Origin: a virus
Direction: 5' to 3' (one strand)
Virus record (IMG/VR): IMGVR_UViG_3300045988_092126
DNA length: 64,000 nucleotides
The notes below the pieces were generated by a model that made no database searches, was not told the origin of the DNA, and saw only the letters and a program-made list of their open reading frames with translations. Position 1 is the first letter of the stretch; the number at the start of each line of letters is the position of its first letter. Position numbers and translations under genes: made by a program. Shown in pieces: positions 15,846 through 25,200 of the stretch.

Positions 15846-16331
15846 ATGTATAAAGTTTTAAAAATCGGCGGCAAAGACTACAAACTTGAATATGGGATTG
15901 AAGCATCACTGTTTGATGATTGCGTGAAATCTGTGATGAATATGTTAGTTTCCGCAAGCGGCGGAACGGACAAAAGTCTCAGGGAGATGGTTTCTGGAAT
16001 GAGTAGCATCCCGAATACTGCACTCAATGCGTTTTATGCCGGATTACTTCAATATCATGGCAATCATCCTGATGGTGATGGTACTGTCCCGGATTTAGAT
16101 ACTGCCAAAAAACTTGCAGCGCAGTATATGTCTGAGCATAAAGATGATGAGCAGGGCAACTTCTACGGTATCTTTTCTATGTGCATCGAACAAATGGAGG
16201 AAGACGGTTTTTTCAAGTTAACAGGTCTGGAAACGTTCATGGACAACTTGAATGCGGCGATGGACTCTGTGAAAGCGAAGAAAACACCGAAGAAGCCGAC
16301 AGATCATTTGAAAAAAGCTACAGCGAAATAA
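15846..16331 (+). CDS. tail assembly chaperone (G-like)
   Basis: 161 aa between the major tail and tape measure genes. The downstream -1 frame ORF overlaps it. Confidence 0.7.
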   Translation: MYKVLKIGGKDYKLEYGIEASLFDDCVKSVMNMLVSASGGTDKSLREMVSGMSSIPNTALNAFYAGLLQYHGNHPDGDGTVPDLDTAKKLAAQYMSEHKDDEQGNFYGIFSMCIEQMEEDGFFKLTGLETFMDNLNAAMDSVKAKKTPKKPTDHLKKATAK

Positions 16332-16732
16332 TCTGGGATGAATTATATCCAATGGCTGTGCGCATTGGAATGTCAAAAAAAGAATTTCTCAGGAGCACTC
16401 TTAAGGACTTGAGAATCCGTATAGAACAATACGGAATCTCAAAAAATGAAGAAATTCAGTCGCAGTTAATAAACATGGACTATCAGGCATGGCTGACCGG
16501 ATTGTATGTCAAGACGAGTATTTCGTGCGCATTATTTCCGAGAAAGGTTAGTTATCCGAGCAAACCAATTACGCAGGAAAAACAAAATAATTGGGTCAAA
16601 CACAATCCAAATACGCCAAAGAAATCAGAAGCAGAACTAAGACAAGAAGAACGTTACTACGAACTTCTTATCAGGCAGGCAAATGCAAATATATCTGAAA
16701 TAGGCAATAAAGAGGGCAAGCAGGATGAATAG
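15846..16732 (+). CDS. tail assembly chaperone G-T fusion made by -1 programmed frameshift near 16310-16317
   Basis: The ORF in frame -1 (track 16181..16732) overlaps the 3' end of the G gene. An A-run, TTG AAA AAA GCT (16308-16319), sits 4 codons before the G stop. After the slip the sequence reads ...KSYSEIIWDELYPM... Confidence 0.55.
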
Positions 16733-16758
16733 TAGTCTTGCTTGCCCTTTATTTTTTT
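16714..16758 (+). terminator. intrinsic terminator / attenuator before the tape measure gene
   Basis: GGGCAAGCA...TGCTTGCCC followed by TTTATTTTTTT. Confidence 0.6.
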
Positions 16759-16778
16759 GAAATAAAGGAGGTGCTTAT

Positions 16779-19700
16779 ATGCCTGACAACACAATAGATA
16801 GCCTTGCGATAGAGGTCAGCAGTAACGTATCAAATGCAAGTAAATCCATTGATGATTTATGCAATAAACTGAATCGTCTGAGTAGCCGTATGTCTGAGAG
16901 TATCAAGCATCTTAGAGACTTTTCAGCTTCCGTAGGTACGGTCAATTCTGCTGTTCAAGCACTTAAATTAGACAGGCTTGATTTATCAACGATAAACAGT
17001 CAATTGCAACAGTTTGTTCAGTCTATGAGTGCGCTCGGTAGCCTGAACTTGAGAAACAACGGATTAAACTCATTCGTAAATGCAATCCGCAGACTGAACG
17101 AAACATTAAACTCCACAGGTGATGTGTCTGGAAAGATTCAGAACATGATTTCCGAATTATCTGGTCTTAGCAGTATTCCAGACGTATCAAACAACGTGAA
17201 CCGGTTTGTTTCTTCATTGGCAAGATTGGCGAATGCAGGTGGCTCTATTGATGCAGTTACATCAAAACTTCCAAATCTTGGTGAAGAACTCAGAAAAATC
17301 ATAGTTTCGTTCTCTGGAATAGGTAATATCTCTCAACCAATTAATACATTTGTTCAGTCAATTTCACAGTTGGCAAATGCAGGAGATAAAACTGGAAAGA
17401 CTGCAACTCAGCTTAATGATTTGGCTAATAGCTTAAAATTATTCTTTCAGACAATGAGTACTGCTCCAAGAATTAGTAACAGCACAATTCAAATGACACA
17501 GGCTATTGCTCAATTGGCAAACTCTGGGGCAAATGCTGGTAGGGCGGCAAGGTTTACTGCGAGTGCTTTTTCCAGACTGGGACAGGGTGCGGCTGCTTCG
17601 ACGGGAAAAGTTAGAAGACTCGGTAATGCCGTTGGAAATGTAGGAAGTAAAGCTAAAAAAAGCTTACCTAGCATTATGTCCTTGGTTGCGAAGTTCTGGA
17701 CGTTGAAATTTGTTGTTGGAAAATTCGGTAGCGCAATTGAAAGTTCCATGAACTTCCTCGAAGATTATAACTACTTTCAAGCGGCGTTCCGTCAGGTAGC
17801 AGATAAAGCAGGAAAAACTTGGTCGGAAGCAGGGTATGACTCCGCAGAAGCATACGCAGATTCATTCAGCCAGAGAGCCAGAGAACTTACATCTAAAATG
17901 TCTGGATTTGATGTTTCTGACAATGCGATTCTGACCTCAAATAAAACCGGTAAGTCACTTGGTATGGACCCGTCCATGCTTTTAAATTATCAAGGCCAGT
18001 TTGCACAGTTATCATCATCTATGGGAACGACTTCTGAACAGGCTTTAAAGCTGTCGAATGCGTTAACTATGATCGGCGCAGACCTTGCATCTGTTAAAAA
18101 TCTTGATTTTAAAACAGTTTACGAAAACTTATCCTCTGGATTAGTAGGAATGAGCCGTGCTGTAGATAAATATGGCGCGAATATTCGTGTGGCAAACTTA
18201 CAGCAATACGCTTCGAATCTCGGACTGCAAACAGCTGTATCAAAGATGGACCAGGCAAGCAAAGCAATGCTGAGGACAATAGTGATACTGGATTCTACAC
18301 GGTACGCATGGGCGGATATGGCAAATACGATAAATATGCCAGCCAACCAGTTACGTATACTTCGTGCAAATTTAGTATCCTGCGCCAGAGCATTAGGGAA
18401 CATCTTTATGCCTGTAGTTGCGGCAGTGCTTCCATACATCAATGGTCTCGTAATCGCATTTCAAAGACTTTTGACATACATTGGTTCACTTCTTGGAGTT
18501 GATACCAAAATTGGAAATATGTTCGGTTCTATCGGTAGCGGAAGTGAAAATCTCTCAAACGCACTTGATACTATAGACGATTCTAGTCTTTCAGATGTTG
18601 ATGATACTACAAAAGATACCAGTGACAATCTGAAAAATGCGACTAAAAACGCAAAGAAGCTCAAACAGTTCCTTGCATCCTATGATGAATTAGAGGTTAT
18701 GAGCAAAGACGACAGTTCTCTGTCAAACCTTGCAAATTCTAAGATTAAAACGCCTGCTCTTGACACATCTGCCCTTGACGCAGGAATGCTCAATGATGCG
18801 TTGGATAAGCTTCTGAATGAATACCAGAAGAAATGGGATGCCGCCTACAACTCAATGGAAAATAAGGCCATGGCGTTCGCGAATAAGGTTACAGACACAT
18901 TTAAGAAACTTGCAAAAGCCGCAGAGCCTACTACAAAAGCTTTGAAAAATCTCTGGAATAACGGATTGAAACAGCTCAGAGACTTCACATGGACAGCATT
19001 AAAAGATTTCTGGGAACATTTTCTAAAACCACTTGGGAAATGGACATTAGGAGAAAAAGGATTACCACGATTAATCAATGCTTTTAACGATTTTCTTGTA
19101 AAAATTAACTGGGATAAAATCAATGCTTCCCTTGTGCAATTATGGGATGTATTAGAGCCATTCGCTGAGAATGTCGGAACAGGATTGCTTGATTTCTTTG
19201 ACGATTTCTTTGACAAGGCGGCAGACGGAGTGAACAAACTCCCTGATCTGATTGACAAGTTTAAAGAGTTTATCGCGGGATTCTCACCAAAGCAAGCACA
19301 ATCTATCGGTTATTTCCTCGGACAGCTTCTGACTGCATTTATGGCGTTCAAAGGACTTACATGGTTCGGGGGCATTTTCGGTAAAGATGGAGTGATAGGC
19401 AAAGGCATTACCATGTTAGCGGCACATCCATACGCTTCGATAGCGGCAGGGCTGGGACTTACCGTCGCCGCGCTTGATAAGTTTGGAGTGATTGATGTTG
19501 ATTGGGACGGATTATGGACAAGAATTGGAAATCTCAAAGACGTAATTGTGAATTTCATCAAAAATATTGATTGGGATTCATTGGTAAAAACAATCGGTGA
19601 TGTATGGGATGTATTTCAGCCGTTTGCTGAGGGATTCGCAGACGCATTTATAAATTTCTTTGACATAATGCTCAATGACATTGGAGCACCACTAATTAAT

Positions 19701-21755
19701 ACATTAGTAAAAGTACTGGATGCATTTGCAAAAGTGTTAGGAAAACTTTCTCCTGAGTCAATATCTGCAATAGGAAATGCGCTTGGAATTTTCTTCGCAG
19801 TAAAAGGAACTATTAAATTTTCGAAAAATATATGGAGTGTGGTTAGTTCAATTAGTGGACTACGAACGATATTCAACGGTCTTGGCTCTGTATTATCTAC
19901 AGCTAGTGGTGCGTTACAGACATTTTTTGGTTCTGGACTCGGTTCTACACTTGCGGCAGGATTCGCAGACAGTATGGTTGTCTTAGGCACTGCAATGGCG
20001 GGATTCAACCTTGGGAAATGGATAAGCGTTAATCTGTTCGGCGGCGAAGATAAAACCTTCGGGGAATTTTTGGAAGATAATGTATTCGGTTATCAAAAAG
20101 GGGATTTTACCGGAGCTATCAACGAATGGATGAAAGATATATTCGGAGTTGGAAATAAGCTTACAGAGGACGACTTAAAAGTATTCCAGGAATATGAAGA
20201 TGCCATTCTTAGTCTGGTTCACGCAAGCCAGATTTCGGGTGAACAAGCATATCCTTTATTAACATTCCTTTCTGAATTAAAAGACAATGGATATAGCACA
20301 GAACAGGCATTGCATGAACTTGAACTTAAACTCAATAATCTAGGGGTTTCATCAGAAGATTTTGAGAATGCGATAGCAGGAGTAAATAAACCGGTCAAAG
20401 ACCTTGGAGACACAGCGGAAGCATCCTCTAATCAGTTTTCAAATATGGCTGACCGGATTAACAATGTTTCATTTGAGGATATCTCAGAACAGCTTACGGG
20501 ATTCCAGACACTTATCCAGACCGTTGACTTTGCGACTCTGGTAACAGATACAGCAAATGCAATTGATGAAATGGGCGGCATCTGGGAAAACGGAAAACAG
20601 ATTCTCGGCGAAAAAGCATTGCAGATTTATCAAGAAATCGCAAAGGGATTAGAGCCAGACGACAACGGTTACTATACTTTAGCAAACGGTCAGATGGTGC
20701 AGTTCGGGAAAGGTATTTCTGACTATGAAAGCACTCTACAAAGTACAATGGATTCAACTCTGCAAGGAGCAATCAACGGTGTTCTGGACAACAACTCCGG
20801 GTTTGAATTACTTGCAGAACTTGGAAAAAATCAAATTGTGGCATGTGGTGATGGAATTACTCAGAATGGTGGTCAGCTTACCAGCAAGCTAAACGAAACC
20901 ATTACAACCGCAAGTTTAGAAGCAGGAAGTACAGCAAAAACCAGTGGAAAAGAAATAGGTGAAAATTCTGTAAAGGGAGTTATGCTGGGATACGAAAGTC
21001 AAAAAGATGCACTTGGTGTTGCAACTCAAAGCTTGTTTGATGATTATGTCAAGAAGAAAGCGCAAGAGTCTCTTGAATCTCATTCTCCGTCCAGATGGTT
21101 CAAGCAGCTTGCAGAATATTGCGGTCAAGGATTCCAAAACGGATTAGAGCCGGGCTTTTCCTCGTCATTTACATGGTTTGGAAGAATCCGAACCAGAATC
21201 AGCAGTTCTATTGGAAACTTATATAATATCGGCTGGAACTCTATTATCGGTTTGAATAACGGAATCGTAGGCGCGGCACAACAGCTTTATGCGAATGTGC
21301 AAAAAATCGCTCAAAACATATCAAATACGTTCCGCAGAGTCCTTAAGATTCACAGTCCATCACAGGTAATGATGGAACTCGGTGGATTCACCGTTGAGGG
21401 ATTCCAGCTCGGTATGCAAAATATGCTTCCAAAAGTCGAATCAACCATCAATGACATAAGCGCAGAAGTGCAAAAGATTAACACGCCATCCGCAGACATT
21501 ATTACAAAGAGTACATCCTATCAGGAAGTAAAAAGCAGAATGTCTGTTGATACAGATGATTTTGTGGACGACATTCGGAAAGAAGTCATGGCAATCAGCA
21601 GTAACACGTTTGACAATAACCAGATGATCGGGCAGGCGGTCAAAAACGCTCTGAACGGCATGGCAATCTATGCAGACGGACATCTGATTGGATATCTGAA
21701 AGAAGAAAATCAGCAGTTCAGAAATCGTAATGGATACGGAATATTTGAAGGGTAG
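16779..21755 (+). CDS. tail tape measure protein
   Basis: 1658 aa with Ala/Ser/Leu/Asn-rich helical repeats and internal hydrophobic Gly-rich segments. Position after the chaperone pair. Confidence 0.9.
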   Translation: MPDNTIDSLAIEVSSNVSNASKSIDDLCNKLNRLSSRMSESIKHLRDFSASVGTVNSAVQALKLDRLDLSTINSQLQQFVQSMSALGSLNLRNNGLNSFVNAIRRLNETLNSTGDVSGKIQNMISELSGLSSIPDVSNNVNRFVSSLARLANAGGSIDAVTSKLPNLGEELRKIIVSFSGIGNISQPINTFVQSISQLANAGDKTGKTATQLNDLANSLKLFFQTMSTAPRISNSTIQMTQAIAQLANSGANAGRAARFTASAFSRLGQGAAASTGKVRRLGNAVGNVGSKAKKSLPSIMSLVAKFWTLKFVVGKFGSAIESSMNFLEDYNYFQAAFRQVADKAGKTWSEAGYDSAEAYADSFSQRARELTSKMSGFDVSDNAILTSNKTGKSLGMDPSMLLNYQGQFAQLSSSMGTTSEQALKLSNALTMIGADLASVKNLDFKTVYENLSSGLVGMSRAVDKYGANIRVANLQQYASNLGLQTAVSKMDQASKAMLRTIVILDSTRYAWADMANTINMPANQLRILRANLVSCARALGNIFMPVVAAVLPYINGLVIAFQRLLTYIGSLLGVDTKIGNMFGSIGSGSENLSNALDTIDDSSLSDVDDTTKDTSDNLKNATKNAKKLKQFLASYDELEVMSKDDSSLSNLANSKIKTPALDTSALDAGMLNDALDKLLNEYQKKWDAAYNSMENKAMAFANKVTDTFKKLAKAAEPTTKALKNLWNNGLKQLRDFTWTALKDFWEHFLKPLGKWTLGEKGLPRLINAFNDFLVKINWDKINASLVQLWDVLEPFAENVGTGLLDFFDDFFDKAADGVNKLPDLIDKFKEFIAGFSPKQAQSIGYFLGQLLTAFMAFKGLTWFGGIFGKDGVIGKGITMLAAHPYASIAAGLGLTVAALDKFGVIDVDWDGLWTRIGNLKDVIVNFIKNIDWDSLVKTIGDVWDVFQPFAEGFADAFINFFDIMLNDIGAPLINTLVKVLDAFAKVLGKLSPESISAIGNALGIFFAVKGTIKFSKNIWSVVSSISGLRTIFNGLGSVLSTASGALQTFFGSGLGSTLAAGFADSMVVLGTAMAGFNLGKWISVNLFGGEDKTFGEFLEDNVFGYQKGDFTGAINEWMKDIFGVGNKLTEDDLKVFQEYEDAILSLVHASQISGEQAYPLLTFLSELKDNGYSTEQALHELELKLNNLGVSSEDFENAIAGVNKPVKDLGDTAEASSNQFSNMADRINNVSFEDISEQLTGFQTLIQTVDFATLVTDTANAIDEMGGIWENGKQILGEKALQIYQEIAKGLEPDDNGYYTLANGQMVQFGKGISDYESTLQSTMDSTLQGAINGVLDNNSGFELLAELGKNQIVACGDGITQNGGQLTSKLNETITTASLEAGSTAKTSGKEIGENSVKGVMLGYESQKDALGVATQSLFDDYVKKKAQESLESHSPSRWFKQLAEYCGQGFQNGLEPGFSSSFTWFGRIRTRISSSIGNLYNIGWNSIIGLNNGIVGAAQQLYANVQKIAQNISNTFRRVLKIHSPSQVMMELGGFTVEGFQLGMQNMLPKVESTINDISAEVQKINTPSADIITKSTSYQEVKSRMSVDTDDFVDDIRKEVMAISSNTFDNNQMIGQAVKNALNGMAIYADGHLIGYLKEENQQFRNRNGYGIFEG

Positions 21756-21763
21756 GTGATAGA

Positions 21764-22189
21764 ATGAGCGACTTTATTGCAGGAAGTAGTTTCCAAGGTT
21801 ATTTTTTAAAGTTCGGGGGAAGCGTTCTCCCGAACAAATTCTTAGCCTACGATGATTATTCCGCAACTCCAAACCAGAGAACAGAGATAGAAGCATACAG
21901 GGACTTGAACAATCTCTTGCATAGGGACACAAGCCCGAATTTTAAGACAAAAATAGACTTCAACACGCGCCCTATGTGGTTGCCAGATAAAATTAAAATG
22001 CAGTCTATTTTTAAATCAGGCTTAGTCAATAAGGCGCAGCGGAAGTACAAGGTCACATACTGGGACGACGAAGAAAACACCTACAAAACAGGTGTTTTTT
22101 ATATGCCTGATGTTGAGTATAAACCTATCAGAGTTGTAGGAAATAACATTTTATATAACAAAATCAGAATCGCACTGATCGAATACTAG
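21764..22189 (+). CDS. distal tail protein-like (small)
   Basis: 141 aa immediately after the tape measure gene. Assigned by position only. Confidence 0.4.
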   Translation: MSDFIAGSSFQGYFLKFGGSVLPNKFLAYDDYSATPNQRTEIEAYRDLNNLLHRDTSPNFKTKIDFNTRPMWLPDKIKMQSIFKSGLVNKAQRKYKVTYWDDEENTYKTGVFYMPDVEYKPIRVVGNNILYNKIRIALIEY

Positions 22190-22251
22190 CAACCAGAGTG
22201 CATGGGTGCCACAGCTCATGTGCTCTTTATTTTATATATGGGAGGACAGAT

Positions 22252-25200
22252 ATGGCAACATACACGTTTGAATCATTACTAAATAAAGCGGATGGGATGA
22301 CTAAAGTCAATGAATATGTTGTGCAGGAAAAGACTTTGGAAATAGAAGGAGCGTCTTGGTATCATTACGCCGGAAATGCTGTGAATAAACTTTATATAAA
22401 CGGTAAAGGATATATTGGATTCGGGGCAGATGTGGAACACTTAAAGATGTTCTGGGCTAAAGCGGCGAACAACATAAATGACGTATATAGGCAAGAAGGA
22501 GTTCTTGACACAGGAGCTAAATTCCTGAAATTGAAGTTAAAAGGAATATATAATCATTATTATGACAAATACGCATATGAATACGAAGTTTTTCTATTTG
22601 ATGACGGGAATATATTTGTATATATAATTAAAAGTGCGAAGAATGAATACAATACGCTATTTGGAGATTGTGAAGTCACAAATGGAAAGACCACAGATAT
22701 TGTGTTAGCAGAATACCATAGCGATTTTAAAAAATATCCTATCAGTAGACTTATTAGCAATGCTGGAATAAAGCCAAAAGTAATCCGCTCGAAATACACA
22801 CCGATAAAAGAAGCAGGGGTAAGAATTAAGACAAACCCTGCAGCAGTATACGTCCCAAACGCATTAGATTGGTCGGAATTGTCGGTAGAATCCTATGACT
22901 CATCAGGAAACACGAATGCAGTAAGTAATTTTACATTTCCCGATGTTGATGTATCTACAGTTGGAACAAAAACTGTAAAATTATCATATAAAACTTATAG
23001 CGTGCCTGTTGAAATCACTGTAAAAGAGGATACAGTCTTAGAACTTACAAAGTTCAATCTTCGCGATCATTATCTTCTAAATGAAACACTAGAGATATAT
23101 TCCGTAACGGCAGTATGGGATAGTGGAAAGAATGAAACATTGACTTCTGGATTTGATGTTTCTGGATTTGACAGCGCTACTCCCGGCACAAAGGAACTGA
23201 CGATTTCATATAAAGGAGCAGCCACAACAAAAAGTATATATGTCGCAGCTACCGCTGCGTTAACCATTGATGGTGCCAAGACCGAATACTATATAGGTGA
23301 TGATTTTGAAAGTGCTAACGGCATTATTACATACGATGATGGAGAAGAAGAGAGTGTTTATGAATTAATATATTCTGGATTTGATAACACGATTGCCGGA
23401 GAACAGGTTATCACAGCGACTGTAAGAGGATTAAGCACCACATACACAGTACACGTATCCGATACGGTTACTGCAAATATTGGGGCAAATGTAGAAACAG
23501 ATGCCATAGCTTCGCTTAACCTGATTACTGGTCTATTAACGGTTTCGGGAACGGGCGATACAAAAGATATAGACACCCCAAGTTATTTTGGCGGTGGAAT
23601 TTTTGACGGAAAAGGAGATCACTCTAGTCAAGTCAAAAAAATCGTAGTCCAAGAAGGTATTACTGGATTAATTGGAGCTTGCTTTTATGGCATGTCAAAT
23701 GTTACAGAAGTGTCACTTCCATCTACATTAAAGACAATAGGGCAAAGCTGCTTTTCCGGTTGCTCACTAATTACAACATTATTACTTCCAGAGGGACTGG
23801 AAACATTGCAAGATGGATGCTTCTATAACTGTAGCGGATTGACAGAATTAACATTGCCATCGTCATTGAAAGAAATAACAGGAACCATAATCGACAATAA
23901 AAACGCAGTATTAACCATTCTGAGCAGAACTGTTCTGATTGGCGAATACTCGATTTATGTAAAGACAATTCGCGGATATATTGGTTCAACAGCAGAGACT
24001 TATGCAAATAGCAACAATATCCCATTTGAAGCAATTAATAATATTTTAAAGATTGAAATAGTCAACTATCCATCAAAAACTTATCATGTCGGAGAAACGA
24101 TCTCCAAAGCAGATTTAACTGTACAGATGACCCTTGAAGATGGAACTGTACAGGAAACAGATTTATATGAATTAAGCTATGATTTCAGTTCGACCGGGAC
24201 AAAAACTGTAACGGTATTTATAGGAGATAAAAGTGATACGTTCAACGTTGATGTAACAACGTATAAACTTTCTGAGGTCGTTAATACTTTAACCGGGATG
24301 CAACTAATAGAGAATTCCGGACGGGATGAAGGAACAGACATACTGGATGGCGTTAGCTGGTTTAGATTCAACAATGTAATCACAGATAAACTCTATGTTA
24401 ATGGAAACAACTGGATTGGATTTGGGGTATCTTCAGAGCAATTGAAAATTTGTAACCGCGATGGAGCTACGCATAATATTTACAGGATGGAAACTGAATT
24501 AGACGGAGGTATAAAACTTCTTAAAATCCGAGTAGAAGGATATACATATTTTGCAGCCTCTGAAGCGCACGAAAGTCAGATAAAATATGAATTATTCTTA
24601 TTTGACAATGGTGATATGTACCTGAACGTAATTCAGTCTCCTATAGATACAAGCATCTATGCCGGAATATCCAGCTTGACTAGCAATGGCAAGACTACAA
24701 ATTTGTCCTTGAATGGAGCTACGCCGGAAAGCCCAGTACAGGTGTCATTCATACACCAGGACGAATCTGGACTTGATTGGAATATTTCTTATAGGCCATA
24801 TAGTCTTGCAACACTTGTCGGAATCAAAGTAGCACAGTTGCCCGATAAAACTAGGTATATGGTTAATGAAACGTTTAAGTCTTCTGGGCTTATCGTTAAT
24901 GTTGTCTATGATGATGGTAGCTCAGGAGTAATCAAAAAATATGCCTTGTCATCCCCAGATATGACATCGTACGGTAGCAAAAGTATAACGGTGACATTTG
25001 AGAGTTTCACGACCACATTCGACATTATGGTTGTAGATGTAACTGGAATTGAAATAACAAGTCTACCAACAAAAACGCGATATTACGAAGATGACGAATT
25101 TTTAGCCAGTGGAATAATTGTGTCTCAGGTATATACGGATGGGATTAAAGAAGAAATTACGGGCTATTCTCTTTCGAGCCCAGATATGTCATCTGGTGGA

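Noticed and set aside
16181-16732. The ORF-track entry starting at ATG 16181, considered as an independent gene.
   Set aside because: There is no RBS, and its first 45 codons overlap the chaperone gene. It is better explained as the -1 frameshift extension of 15846..16331.
17510-21683. Many antisense and alternative-frame ORFs (60-137 aa) inside the tape measure gene. Similar ones occur inside the giant tail gene, RecT (38968..39456), the GIY-YIG gene (43273..43815) and the replisome organizer (50709..51152).
   Set aside because: All lie fully inside long, well-supported sense ORFs. They have low-complexity translations and no RBS or operon logic.
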